Assembly (NCBI GenBank): GCA_964517055.1
Contig: CAZFAQ010000002.1
Span: 24,633 to 88,632, forward strand
DNA length: 64,000 nucleotides
Reading direction: 5' to 3'
From: an uncultured bacterium
GTDB taxonomy: Bacteria; Deinococcota; Deinococci; Deinococcales; Trueperaceae
Shown: piece after piece, positions 1-10,552 of the stretch
How positions within the stretch are numbered: position 1 is the stretch's first letter
How the letters are laid out: every line of letters begins with the position of its first letter
Program-made: the position numbers and the translations under genes
The notes under the pieces: generated by a model
Databases searched by the model: none
Seen by the model: the letters and a program-made list of their open reading frames with translations, nothing else
What the model was told of the DNA's origin: nothing

Positions 1-193
1 CGCCAACGGCTACTACGACCTGGCGACCCCCTACTTCGCCACGCTCCACACCTTCGCGCACATGGGTCTGACGCCCGAGCAGCGCGCGAAAGTGAGCATG
101 AGCTTCTACGAGGCCGGTCACATGATGTACGTCCACATGGCATCGCTGAGGAAGCTGCGCGAGGAGCTCGCGGCTTTCATCGTGGCCAGCTAG
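1..193 (+). CDS. C-terminal fragment of a peptidase S10 (serine carboxypeptidase)-like protein; the 5' end lies outside the window
   Basis: Frame 2 reads ANGYYDLATPYF...SFYEAGHMMYVHMASLRKLREELAAFIVAS, then TAG at 191-193. The EAGHMMY block resembles the catalytic-His region of S10 carboxypeptidases. Confidence 0.5.
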   Translation, partial: ANGYYDLATPYFATLHTFAHMGLTPEQRAKVSMSFYEAGHMMYVHMASLRKLREELAAFIVAS

Positions 194-196
194 GGT
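191..196 (+). promoter_or_regulatory. -10-like box (TAGGGT) 8 nt upstream of the mqnD ATG
   Basis: TAnnnT hexamer with the same spacing as the other leaderless candidates; it overlaps the upstream stop codon. Confidence 0.3.
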
Positions 197-204
197 CTCC
201 ATAA

Positions 205-1092
205 ATGCGCCTCAAGCTCGGCTACTCCCCATGTCCCAACGACACCTTCATCTTCCACGCGCTGGCGGCGGGCCTCCTGGCGGGCACGAGCGACCAGGCC
301 GGTTCCGGTGACGAGCCACCGCTCGAGTTCGACGTGTCGCTCATGGACATAGACGCCCTCAACCAGGCCGCGCGTGCCGGCTCGCTCGACGTGGCGAAGG
401 TCAGTTACCACGCGTACGGCTACCTGGCTCAGGACTGGGTGCTACTGCGCTCGGGCGGCGCGCTGGGCCGCGGGGTTGGCCCGTTGGTGGTGGCGCGCGA
501 ACCGGGTATCGACCTCGTTGGCAAGCGGGTGGCTGTCCCCGGAGGGACCACGACGGCGAAGCTCCTGTTGTCGCTGTGGCGAGGCGACCTGACCACCGAG
601 GTCCTGCGTTACGACCGCATCATGCCTGCAGTCTCCGCCGGCGAGTTCGATGCCGGGCTGATCATCCACGAGAGCCGCTTCACCTACCGGGACCACGGGC
701 TACATGCCCTAGTCGACCTGGGGACCTGGTGGGAGAAGGAGGCCTCTCAGCTCGTGCCGCTGGGCGCGATCGCGGTGCGCAGGTCGCTAGGTGAGCGCGT
801 TCACCAGCGGCTCGACCGTTTGGTACGCGCGAGCCTTGGGCGCGCCTTCGCCGACCCGGGAGCCTCGCGGTCGTACGTCGCCGAGCACGCCCAGGAGATG
901 GACGCGGCCGTTCGGCAGCAGCACATCGACCTCTACGTCAACGAGTACTCGCTCGACGTCGGCGAACCCGGAGAGGCGGCCGCGTTGGAGCTGCTGCGCC
1001 GTGGCGAGAGCGGGGGCCTGTTCGCGCTGTCAGATGGACCGGTGTTCGTGGCCCGGCGGGGATGGTCGTCCCTCGCCGCCACGTCGTCATAG
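205..1092 (+). CDS. mqnD: 1,4-dihydroxy-6-naphthoate synthase (futalosine pathway of menaquinone synthesis)
   Basis: 295 aa. The N-terminus MRLKLGYSPCPNDTFIFHALA and overall length are typical of MqnD/VitK2_biosynth family proteins. Confidence 0.85.
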   Translation: MRLKLGYSPCPNDTFIFHALAAGLLAGTSDQAGSGDEPPLEFDVSLMDIDALNQAARAGSLDVAKVSYHAYGYLAQDWVLLRSGGALGRGVGPLVVAREPGIDLVGKRVAVPGGTTTAKLLLSLWRGDLTTEVLRYDRIMPAVSAGEFDAGLIIHESRFTYRDHGLHALVDLGTWWEKEASQLVPLGAIAVRRSLGERVHQRLDRLVRASLGRAFADPGASRSYVAEHAQEMDAAVRQQHIDLYVNEYSLDVGEPGEAAALELLRRGESGGLFALSDGPVFVARRGWSSLAATSS

Positions 1093-1095
1093 GGG

Positions 1096-1101
1096 TAACC
1101 T
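1096..1101 (+). promoter_or_regulatory. -10-like box (TAACCT) 6 nt upstream of ATG 1108
   Basis: TAnnnT hexamer at leaderless spacing. Confidence 0.3.
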
Positions 1102-1107
1102 CTCGGC

Positions 1108-1308
1108 ATGGCGACGTTCACGATCGGCGAAGAGGTGCTCTTGGAGGGCGAGCGCTTCGTCATCACGCTCAGGCAGCCGCTTCCTCCCTACCGCTATAGG
1201 TTGGTGAGGACCACCCCGACAGGCCCCGAGGTGACGTGGGCGGAGCTGGGCGACCTCGCCAAGATCGAGCGTTACACGACCCCGAGACAGGACACTCCGC
1301 CGGTCTGA
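1108..1308 (+). CDS. Small hypothetical protein (66 aa)
   Basis: ATG ORF with a TAACCT box 6 nt upstream (1096-1101), the same layout as other gene starts here. No recognisable family. Confidence 0.4.
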   Translation: MATFTIGEEVLLEGERFVITLRQPLPPYRYRLVRTTPTGPEVTWAELGDLAKIERYTTPRQDTPPV

Positions 1309-1348
1309 AGACGGCTGGTCCCGGGGGCGGCACCTCACCGAGCCGCTG

Positions 1349-2062
1349 TCACCAGGTGGCCGTGGCCAGTTGCTCCCCGAGCCGCATGCCTTCAGCGATG
1401 CAACGGCTGGTGCTCGGCGGCCAGTCCGGAACCGCCACGCACGCGCCGGCTGCCCGGATGCGCTCAAGCCGACCCAGGCCCAGGGTCCTCTGGTCCCACT
1501 CCTCGCCGGCCAGCACCAACGTGCGCACGACGTGGGGCAGCGACCCCGCCTGTGCCGGGCTCGGGAGTGACCTCTCGGTGAACCCGAAGCCACGCTCCTT
1601 CAGGTCGAGGTAGAGGTCGTCGTACGCCATCTCGGATAGCCGGCCCTGCTGCTCTACGACGGTCCCGATCTCCAGACGCGCCCTGAGGAAGGTGCCGACG
1701 CACAAAGCGACCTCGCCCGCGTGCCTCGGCACGCCCTCCCACGTCTCCACGCCTATCACCTGCGCGTCCTCGACCAGCAACGCGGACGCCGTCGACTGGA
1801 GCAGGTGCAGCCGCTCCTCTGCCTCAAGCGCGTACTTGGCCAGGCGGTGGGCGTCCCACCTGCTACTCGCGCCACGGCCCAGCACCTCGGCCATCAGGCT
1901 GCCGGGCACCGCCTCGACCACTCCTGGGTCCTCATCGAGTGCGTAGACGGTGTCGAGGCTCGTCGTGAGCAGGGTGACGCTCTGTCCAAGTCGCGCGGCG
2001 CGCCAGGCGGCCTCGCTGCCTGTGACGCCGCCTCCCACAACTAGCGCGGAGGGAACGCTCAG
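1349..2062 (-). CDS. Small-form GidA-like FAD-binding protein (truncated MnmG/TrmFO-like Rossmann protein)
   Basis: ALVVGGGVTGSEAAWRAARLGQSVTLLTT matches the MnmG/GidA N-terminal dinucleotide fold. The ORF-track start (GTG 2038) removes strand beta-1, so I extend to CTG 2062, which overlaps the upstream stop as CTGA (see finding). Confidence 0.7.
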   Translation of the reverse strand: MSVPSALVVGGGVTGSEAAWRAARLGQSVTLLTTSLDTVYALDEDPGVVEAVPGSLMAEVLGRGASSRWDAHRLAKYALEAEERLHLLQSTASALLVEDAQVIGVETWEGVPRHAGEVALCVGTFLRARLEIGTVVEQQGRLSEMAYDDLYLDLKERGFGFTERSLPSPAQAGSLPHVVRTLVLAGEEWDQRTLGLGRLERIRAAGACVAVPDWPPSTSRCIAEGMRLGEQLATATW

Positions 2063-2667
2063 CTGGTCAGGCCCCCGCGCAGCAGCGGCGCACGCCGTCC
2101 CGAGGCGCGTAGCAGCACATGTTGACCAGAATGCGTTCGTTGGTACACGAGGACGCCGCTACGGGCTCCGATGATCGGCACGACGTCGGCGGCCGAGAAG
2201 ATGACCCTCAGGTGAACAGGTAGGTCGGCCTTGAGCGTCCCGTACTCGTACTCGATGTCTGCCCTGGCCTTGTACCCGAGGAACACGTCGTCCGGGTCGT
2301 CTGCCGAGTAGACGCAGACGAGCGACTGGGCCTCGTCAGCACGGTAGTGAGCGACGGCCTCCCACACGATCGACCGAGCCTCGGCCTCGTCCACGACCCG
2401 CACGTCAGGCTTGGCCGAGTCGCCGAAGAACGCCAGAGGGAACCGCTTGGACTGCGTGTAGTAGCCGCCTCGCCCGACCCTGAGCGCCACCGAGTCGTTG
2501 TCGTATGCCCGGCCGCGCACCGCGTTCTTGAAGTGGCTGATGGCGAGGCCGAACCGGCGGTCGTGAGCGTCGAACATCTCGCTCCCTCCGCCCAGGCCAA
2601 GCAACGCGCCGTCCGTGTTGATCTCGATGTCGTTCGGCGCCTCGCGCACCGCCGCCTTACGTGTCAT
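2059..2667 (-). CDS. Hypothetical protein (202 aa), middle gene of the menG operon
   Basis: ORF 2059-2712 trimmed to the ATG at 2667 (MTRKAAV...), leaving an 11-nt overlap with the menG stop. No family recognised. Confidence 0.5.
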   Translation of the reverse strand: MTRKAAVREAPNDIEINTDGALLGLGGGSEMFDAHDRRFGLAISHFKNAVRGRAYDNDSVALRVGRGGYYTQSKRFPLAFFGDSAKPDVRVVDEAEARSIVWEAVAHYRADEAQSLVCVYSADDPDDVFLGYKARADIEYEYGTLKADLPVHLRVIFSAADVVPIIGARSGVLVYQRTHSGQHVLLRASGRRAPLLRGGLTS

Positions 2668-3454
2668 GCCTTCGAAGACCTCCAGCCGGCCCCATTGGAG
2701 CCCTGATACCAACGTGCAACGCCGAGACCCCGAACGTCTGCGTCCGATACCTCACGTCGACGAACCCGGCGCTCCTCATCAGCCCCGCCAGCGCCTCCGG
2801 CGTCAGGAACCCACTGACCGAGCGCGGCAGGTAGCTGTACGCCCCGCGCCTCCCGGACACCAGGCCCCCCACGAACGGCAGGACGCGCTCGAAATAGAGC
2901 CTGAACGCCGCGCCCAACGCTCCTCTCGGCGGCGGAGGGAACTCGAGCACCACGACCCGCCCTCCAGGGGTCAGGACGCGATGGAACTCGCGCAGGCCGG
3001 CCGCCGGGTCCGCGAAGTTGCGCAGGCCGTAGGCGATGGTGACCGCGTCGAAGCTCGCGTCCTCGAATGGCAGGGCCGCCCCGTCCGCGACCGAGAGGTC
3101 GACCGCGACCCCGGCGGCCTCCGCAGCCCTCGAAGCGATTGCGAGCATCTCCTCTGAGAAGTCGACCCCCGTCACGCGTGCATCGGGAGCGGAGCGCTTG
3201 ACCGCCAACGCCAGCTTGCCGGTGCCGGTCGCCACGTCTAGCACGCGTCCTGGTCGCGCCTCGACGGCGGCCCTGGCTGCCTCGCGGCGCCACCGAGCGT
3301 CGAGGCCCAGGCTGAGCAGGCTGTTGAGCAGGTCGTACGTCGGCGCGATCTCCGAGAACATGCGCCGTACGTCGCCGGCCACCGGCGACGCCACCTGTCT
3401 CGATCTCTTCTCGGTCTCGTCGCCCACGGCCGGGCCTGCCACCGCGCGCGACAT
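2657..3454 (-). CDS. menG: Demethylmenaquinone / ubiquinone C-methyltransferase
   Basis: [29 protein letters not shown] and [12 protein letters not shown] (SAM motif I) are the classic UbiE/MenG signature. Confidence 0.9.
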   Translation of the reverse strand: MSRAVAGPAVGDETEKRSRQVASPVAGDVRRMFSEIAPTYDLLNSLLSLGLDARWRREAARAAVEARPGRVLDVATGTGKLALAVKRSAPDARVTGVDFSEEMLAIASRAAEAAGVAVDLSVADGAALPFEDASFDAVTIAYGLRNFADPAAGLREFHRVLTPGGRVVVLEFPPPPRGALGAAFRLYFERVLPFVGGLVSGRRGAYSYLPRSVSGFLTPEALAGLMRSAGFVDVRYRTQTFGVSALHVGIRAPMGPAGGLRRHDT

Positions 3455-3460
3455 CGGCGG

Positions 3461-3469
3461 AGGTTACCA
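3461..3469 (-). promoter_or_regulatory. Extended -10 (TGgTAACCT) 6 nt upstream of the menG ATG
   Basis: The minus strand reads gTGgTAACCTccgccgATG. Confidence 0.4.
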
Positions 3470-3490
3470 CGGGCACACGGTCCCTACCGC

Positions 3491-3496
3491 TATACT
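3491..3496 (+). promoter_or_regulatory. -10-like box (TATACT) for typA, with a leader of about 50 nt
   Basis: TATACT lies in the 95-nt divergent menG/typA gap. typA has a clear AGGAG SD, so a leadered mRNA is expected. Confidence 0.3.
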
Positions 3497-3549
3497 CCCC
3501 CGTTGCGCCGGCGGCATGCACCACAGCGCCGCGGCCACACAGGAGTCAG

Positions 3550-5352
<1,803 letters not shown>

Positions 5353-5380
5353 CCCAGGCCCGCCACGAGATGCGGAGCCG

Positions 5381-6169
5381 GTGGCATCAGGCCGCGGTGG
5401 GCGCGAAGAGATCGCGGCCACGGATGGCCTCAGCGTCGTCGAGAGGATCGAACGGGCAGCGAGGCTCGCCGTACCGGCTCAAGAGAGCTGGACGGTGGGC
5501 GGCTGGCTGTGCTCGTCCGGCGCCGGTGGCCACGTCGGCCGGGTGAACTCGGCGTCTGTCGTGAGCCCCGTGCAGGCCCCGGACGCGCCCGCGACCCTGC
5601 GCGAGGTCGCGGCCAGCTTCACGAGCAGAGGGCTGGTGCCCCGCTTCCGGCTCACCCCGCTTTCGCCAGCGGGCACGGAGCGTGGGCTAGCGGCCGCAGG
5701 ATTCCAGTCGGGTCGACCGGTAGTGGTCATGACGTTGGGCCTCCTCGAGGTCGGCGACCTGGGTGCGAACCCGGAAGTCTTGTTGTCCAGCGAGGCGTCC
5801 GAAGCCTGGGAGGCCACGTACAAGTCGGCGTACGCGGAGGCGGAGGGACGCTCGAGGCTCGGGCTGGCGTTGGCCTCGCCGGCCCCCCGCCGGTTCGCGA
5901 GCCTGGTACGCGGCGATGAAGCGGTCGGGATCGGCCTCGGCGTGGCCGCCTTCGACACGCTCGGGATCTTCGACGTGATGACCGTCCGTGCGCATCGCCG
6001 CCGTGGCGTCGCGAACGACGTGGTGGGAGCGCTGCTCGCTTGGGGAGCGTCGACCGGTGCGGACCTGGCCTACCTACAGGTCAGCTCGGACAACGAGCCA
6101 GCCCTGAGCCTCTACCGACAGATAGGTTTCGAGACGGCGTACGACTATCGCTACGCGTCCCCGGGGTGA
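5381..6169 (+). CDS. GNAT family N-acetyltransferase
   Basis: C-terminal VRAHRRRGVANDVVGALLAWGASTGADLAYLQVSSDNEPALSLYRQIGFE is an acetyl-CoA-binding GNAT core. The N-terminal GGW...GRVNS block is typical of a two-lobed GNAT subgroup. Confidence 0.7.
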   Translation: MASGRGGREEIAATDGLSVVERIERAARLAVPAQESWTVGGWLCSSGAGGHVGRVNSASVVSPVQAPDAPATLREVAASFTSRGLVPRFRLTPLSPAGTERGLAAAGFQSGRPVVVMTLGLLEVGDLGANPEVLLSSEASEAWEATYKSAYAEAEGRSRLGLALASPAPRRFASLVRGDEAVGIGLGVAAFDTLGIFDVMTVRAHRRRGVANDVVGALLAWGASTGADLAYLQVSSDNEPALSLYRQIGFETAYDYRYASPG

Positions 6170-6936
6170 GGGTCGGCATCCCCACGGTGTGCCACCTCGA
6201 TGGGGCCGTACGCCTCGGACTGTGTGGCCGTTATGCGGCCCTCCTTGATCAGCTCCAGCATCGCGGCGAAAGACAGCGTCATAGCCGGCCAGTCCGTGAC
6301 CCCGAGCACCTTGAACAACAGTCCTCGGAACCCACGTCGAAGACGCCCTAGCAGCTCTGCGGACACCGACGCGACGGTCGCTCCCGACAACGGGACCTCG
6401 AAGTACCCACCTAGGCGGTAGCGGCCAGCCAGTCGCGCTAGGTCGTCCTTCGACGCGACCTGCGGGCGCGGCGGCCGGACGTACGGGGGCCTGGGAGCCC
6501 GTGCCCTGACCACGAGCCTGCGCTCCTGGCGCCTGCGCTTCAAGAAGTCGATGGCGTACTCGAGCTCCTCCAACAGCGCCACTGCCTCCAGAGCCTCCTC
6601 GAGGGCGACCACCTCCGCCTCCTCCGTGCTGACGTCTGTGGGTCGCGGGAGCAGAAGGCGCAGCTTGAGCTCTATGACCTGCGCCACCCGCGGTAGGGCC
6701 TCGGTCGCGAGCTCGAGGTCCACCGCTGCTGCCTCCTGGAAGTAGTCGAGGTAACCCCTGACCAGGCGGTACAGGTCCACGTCGGCCGGGGCGAGCGTTC
6801 GGGCCCTCAAGGCCGCGGCCAGTTCGGTCACGGTGCCGGAGAACGTTCCGATGTCGACGACGTAGCCAGCCTGTGTGTCGAAAGGGTCCTCGAACGCCGC
6901 GTCTGGCGCTGCCGGCACGCTGAGGACCGTGGCCAC
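6151..6936 (-). CDS. scpA: Segregation and condensation protein A
   Basis: 261 aa. The C-terminal FAAMLELIKEGRITATQSEAYGPIEV block and the length match ScpA. GTG start. Confidence 0.8.
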   Translation of the reverse strand: MATVLSVPAAPDAAFEDPFDTQAGYVVDIGTFSGTVTELAAALRARTLAPADVDLYRLVRGYLDYFQEAAAVDLELATEALPRVAQVIELKLRLLLPRPTDVSTEEAEVVALEEALEAVALLEELEYAIDFLKRRRQERRLVVRARAPRPPYVRPPRPQVASKDDLARLAGRYRLGGYFEVPLSGATVASVSAELLGRLRRGFRGLLFKVLGVTDWPAMTLSFAAMLELIKEGRITATQSEAYGPIEVAHRGDADPHPGDA

Positions 6937-6942
6937 GTGGCG

Positions 6943-6951
6943 AGCGTAACA
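6943..6951 (-). promoter_or_regulatory. Extended -10 (TGtTACGCT) 6 nt upstream of the scpA GTG
   Basis: The minus strand reads TGtTACGCTcgccacGTG. Confidence 0.35.
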
Positions 6952-7016
6952 CCGGATGTGAACGCGACTTCGCTGTGGCCCAACGGGGCCCGAATCGAGC
7001 TAGACCCGGCTGCCTG

Positions 7017-7640
7017 TCAGTCCAGGAACGGATCGGTGCCCTGGGTGACCAGATGCCTCGTGTCGTTGACGCGCTCGACGAGCATCTCTTCGCCCCTGAA
7101 CAGCACGCGGCTCACGCTGGCGTGACGCAGGTAGATGCGCTTGCGCCATCTGACCTTCTCGACGCCCAGCACGTGTGCCAGGAGCATCTGGATGGTCCCA
7201 GAGTGCGTGACGGTGACGACGTGCTGCACGTCTGAGGCGACGACCTCGTCCATCCAGGCAACAGCCCTGGTCCTCAGCATCGAGTAGCTCTCGCCGCCGG
7301 GCGCGACCAGGCCGTATGGGTCCTTGAACCAAGTCGCCCAACCGGGATGCAGCTCGTTCTCGGCCTGGGTCTTGCCCTCGAACTCGCCGAAGCTGAGCTC
7401 CTTGAGGCGTTCGTCGTACCTGACCTCGTGACCTGGGAAGGCTATCGCAGCTGTCTCCGCAGCGCGCTTGAGAGGGCTACTGAACACCTCTGCATCCGGC
7501 TCCAGCCTAGCGACGTAGTCGCGTAGGCGGCGCGCCTGTCCCCTACCTTCGTCGTTCAGCTCGACGTCCGCGACACCCTGAAACCTACCTGACGCGTTCC
7601 AGTCGGTGAGCGCATGGCGGATGAGCGTCAGGCGCAGCAC
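7017..7640 (-). CDS. Histidine phosphatase family protein (phosphoglycerate mutase / CobC-like)
   Basis: LTLIRHALTDWN (RHG-type catalytic motif) and the later THSGTI histidine block. Confidence 0.8.
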   Translation of the reverse strand: MLRLTLIRHALTDWNASGRFQGVADVELNDEGRGQARRLRDYVARLEPDAEVFSSPLKRAAETAAIAFPGHEVRYDERLKELSFGEFEGKTQAENELHPGWATWFKDPYGLVAPGGESYSMLRTRAVAWMDEVVASDVQHVVTVTHSGTIQMLLAHVLGVEKVRWRKRIYLRHASVSRVLFRGEEMLVERVNDTRHLVTQGTDPFLD

Positions 7641-7647
7641 GAAAGCG

Positions 7648-7656
7648 AGTCTAACA
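7648..7656 (-). promoter_or_regulatory. Extended -10 (TGtTAGACT) 7 nt upstream of the histidine-phosphatase GTG
   Basis: The minus strand reads cTGtTAGACTcgctttcGTG. Confidence 0.4.
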
Positions 7657-7662
7657 GGGCCG

Positions 7663-7671
7663 TGATAGCGT
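7663..7671 (+). promoter_or_regulatory. Extended -10 (TGaTAGCGT) 5 nt upstream of the SDR ATG at 7677
   Basis: The plus strand reads gTGaTAGCGTtcgacATG. Confidence 0.35.
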
Positions 7672-7676
7672 TCGAC

Positions 7677-8423
7677 ATGGCGCGTTCGTCGGCCGACACA
7701 GGCCTTGACACGGCGGCCGGATCGGTCGCGTTGGTAACAGGAGCGAGCCGAGGGATCGGCCTCGCGGTCGCAGAGTCGCTGCTCGCCGAGGGGTTCGCCG
7801 TCGCCCTCAACGGCCGGGACGAGGCGCGCTTGTCGGCGGTCGTACCTGGTCTAGAGGAGCGCTACCCCGGCCGTACCCTGGCTGTGCCGTTCGACGTCTC
7901 CGACCTGCGGGCGCAGCAGGACGCCGTCGCCAGGGTCCTTGACCGCTTCGGCCGCCTCGACCTCGTCGTCGCGAACGCCGGCGTCGGGGCCTTCGGCCCC
8001 GTCGACGAGTTGGACGAAGTCACCTGGCGGCGCGTCATCGATACGAACCTGACAGGCGTCTTCTTCACCGTGAAGGCCTCCGCGCCGGCGCTCAAGCAGA
8101 CCGGCGGCATGATCGTCACGGTCGCCAGCCTGGCGGGCGTCAACTTCTTCGCGGGTGGCGCGGCGTACAACGCCAGCAAGTTCGGGCTGGTGGGGTTCTC
8201 GCAGGCAGCTATGCTCGACCTGCGCGAGCAGGGCGTGCGCGTGACCACCATCCTGCCTGGCTCTGTCGCCACCTCGTTCAACGACCGCACCGTCTCTGAA
8301 GCGGACAGCTGGAAGATCCAGCCCGAGGACATCGCCGAGACGGTCCTCTACCTGTACCGGATGCCCGCCAGGACGCTGCCTAGCAAGGTCGAGATCCGGC
8401 CCACCAAGCCGCGCCGCGGCTAG
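7677..8423 (+). CDS. SDR family oxidoreductase
   Basis: VALVTGASRGIGLAVAESLLAEG (TGxxxGxG) and YNASK catalytic motif. The start is moved from 7614 to ATG 7677 because of the TGaTAGCGT box at 7663-7671 and to remove the overlap with the divergent gene. Confidence 0.8.
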   Translation: MARSSADTGLDTAAGSVALVTGASRGIGLAVAESLLAEGFAVALNGRDEARLSAVVPGLEERYPGRTLAVPFDVSDLRAQQDAVARVLDRFGRLDLVVANAGVGAFGPVDELDEVTWRRVIDTNLTGVFFTVKASAPALKQTGGMIVTVASLAGVNFFAGGAAYNASKFGLVGFSQAAMLDLREQGVRVTTILPGSVATSFNDRTVSEADSWKIQPEDIAETVLYLYRMPARTLPSKVEIRPTKPRRG

Positions 8424-8441
8424 CCGGGCGGGCGGCCACGA

Positions 8442-9464
8442 GTGGGCCTCTACGACCTCCTCAGGCCGGTCCTCTTCCGTCTAGACGCCGAGCGTGCGCA
8501 CGAGCTGACGCTGCGGGCGATGGCGTTGGCATCGCGGTCGCGGCTCGCACTCCGGACACTGCGATCGGTCTACGGCTCCCGCGCGACCACCCCCGGCCAG
8601 ACAGTGGAGGCGTTCGGCCTGCGCTTCCCCAACCGCGTTGGCCTGGCCGCGGGCCTCGACAAGGACGGCCTGGCGGTTCCCGCCCTGGCCGCGCTCGGCT
8701 TCGGTTTCATCGAGGTCGGCACGGTGACGGCCGTGCCCCAGCCGGGCAACGAGCGGCCGCGGCTGTTCCGCCTGGTGGAGGACGACGCGCTCGTCAACCG
8801 CATGGGCTTCAACAACCGTGGCGCGGCCGCGTTGGCGAGGCGCCTGGCACGAGTGAGGAGCGCTCACGGCGCCTGGCTCCCGCCCATAGGCGTCAACGTC
8901 GGGAAGTCGCGGGTCGTGGCTGCGGAGGATACCCCGGCCGACTACATGGCTGCCCTTGGCGCCGTTTGGGACGTCGCGGACTACCTGGCCTTGAACGTCT
9001 CGTCGCCGAACACGCCTGGCCTTAGGGACCTGCAGGCCGCCAATCCCTTGAGAGCCTTGCTGGCCTCGGCTCGGGCCGTCGCCGAGGAGCGCGGGTCGAA
9101 GCCAGTGCTGGTGAAGCTCTCTCCCGACCTGAGCGAGGGTGCCTTGCGAGAGGCGGCCCGAGTCGCCGAGGGCGAGGGCGCAGCGGGGATCATCGTCACC
9201 AACACGACGGTGACGCGTCCGCCGCTGGCTAGCGAGCATGGCGGGCTCGAGGGCGGTCTCTCCGGTCGGCCCCTGGCACCCCTCGCTCTCTCCGCGCTAA
9301 GGACTCTGGTCGGCGCCACCAGCCTGCCTGTCGTGTCCGTCGGAGGGATCTTCAGTGCAGAAGACGTCGCCGAGAGGTTGGCGGCCGGAGCGACGCTGGT
9401 GCAGGTCTACACGTCGTTCGTGTATGGGGGTCCGGGACTCCTCTCCGAGCTCGCCGGGCACTGA
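8442..9464 (+). CDS. pyrD: Dihydroorotate dehydrogenase (quinone), class 2
   Basis: 340 aa. GLRFPNRVGLAAGLDKDG, GFIEVGTVT and LALNVSSPNTPGLR are PyrD signatures. Confidence 0.9.
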   Translation: MGLYDLLRPVLFRLDAERAHELTLRAMALASRSRLALRTLRSVYGSRATTPGQTVEAFGLRFPNRVGLAAGLDKDGLAVPALAALGFGFIEVGTVTAVPQPGNERPRLFRLVEDDALVNRMGFNNRGAAALARRLARVRSAHGAWLPPIGVNVGKSRVVAAEDTPADYMAALGAVWDVADYLALNVSSPNTPGLRDLQAANPLRALLASARAVAEERGSKPVLVKLSPDLSEGALREAARVAEGEGAAGIIVTNTTVTRPPLASEHGGLEGGLSGRPLAPLALSALRTLVGATSLPVVSVGGIFSAEDVAERLAAGATLVQVYTSFVYGGPGLLSELAGH

Positions 9465-9532
9465 CCGCCGTCGGCACGTCCACGGTCCACGGTCGCCCGA
9501 CCCCACGCCCTCTGAGGCTCCCAGCGAACGGC

Positions 9533-9538
9533 TAGACT
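9533..9538 (+). promoter_or_regulatory. -10-like box (TAGACT) for the desaturase operon, with a short leader
   Basis: TAGACT lies 21 nt upstream of GTG 9560, with a G-rich SD in between. Confidence 0.3.
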
Positions 9539-9559
9539 CGCTGGCGAACCACAACGGGG

Positions 9560-10552
9560 GTGGGAGTCGTGTCGAGGCCACATGCGAACGTGACGACGCG
9601 TCTGCTGATCGAGACAGTCGTCCTGCTTACGGTGTGCGGGTGGTTGGCTGCCACGCTCGGAGGCGCCGTCCAGGCCAACGGCTGGTGGCTCGCCCTGTAC
9701 CTGCCCCTGCTCGCGTTCCAGGCCCTACTGTTCCAGCGGCTGTACATCATCGGACACGAGGCGTCCCACAGGAAGCTCGTCCCGAAACGACCGGCGCTAA
9801 ACGACCTCGTCGGACAGGCGATGCTCCTGCCCATCCTGATACCCGTCCGCATCTACCGTCAGGTGCACATGTTCCACCACGGCTTCAACAGGAAGGACCA
9901 CCACACTTCGGCTCTGGACGTGTTCGTGTCGCCGTGGCCGGTGACGCCGCTCGTCCGCGGGTACTACACGGTGCTCTGGTACCTGGGCGTGTTCGCCGGT
10001 GGGTACTTCCTGCACTCGGTGATCTCGGTGATCGTGTTCCTCTTCGTGCCGACGCGGCACGCCGTGAAGCTCTCGCCAGCGTTCAAGAAGTGGACCAACA
10101 AGGACCGCAGAGCGGCCTGGCTGCAGCTCCTGGCATGTGCCGCGTTCGTCGTCGGCATCGGGCTGGCGCTTGGCTGGGGCACGTGGCGACTCGTATGGCT
10201 GTACCCGTTCCTAGCGTTCGCGTGGGTGTGGTCGCTGCTGGTGTACGTGTTCCATTACCACACAACCATCGGCGAGCACACGCGCTACAACGTGCGGGCG
10301 CTACACCAGCAACCTTTCTTCTCGTGGCTGCTCCTCAACTTCAACCAGCATGCGAGCCACCACATGTACCCGAACATCCCGTGGTACCAGCTGCCGGAGC
10401 GCAGGCAGGAGCTGCCGGAGGTCTTCGCCGAGAAGAACCAGGTGACGGAGTCCTACTGGCGAGCCATCCTCTACCAGCTGAGAGGACCGACGGTGGTGTA
10501 CGCGGAGGACCGCGACCCCACGCCGCAGCTCTTCGTGCGCTGGGAGGACTGA
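9560..10552 (+). CDS. Membrane fatty-acid desaturase family protein
   Basis: Three histidine boxes (HEASH, HMFHH, HASHH) with hydrophobic segments between them. GTG start preceded by a G-rich SD. Confidence 0.85.
   Translation: MGVVSRPHANVTTRLLIETVVLLTVCGWLAATLGGAVQANGWWLALYLPLLAFQALLFQRLYIIGHEASHRKLVPKRPALNDLVGQAMLLPILIPVRIYRQVHMFHHGFNRKDHHTSALDVFVSPWPVTPLVRGYYTVLWYLGVFAGGYFLHSVISVIVFLFVPTRHAVKLSPAFKKWTNKDRRAAWLQLLACAAFVVGIGLALGWGTWRLVWLYPFLAFAWVWSLLVYVFHYHTTIGEHTRYNVRALHQQPFFSWLLLNFNQHASHHMYPNIPWYQLPERRQELPEVFAEKNQVTESYWRAILYQLRGPTVVYAEDRDPTPQLFVRWED

Noticed and set aside
9481-9494. A tandem duplicate GTCCACG GTCCACG just after pyrD.
   Set aside because: It is only two copies of a 7-mer in a non-coding spacer. 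It has no partner elsewhere in the window and no associated structure.
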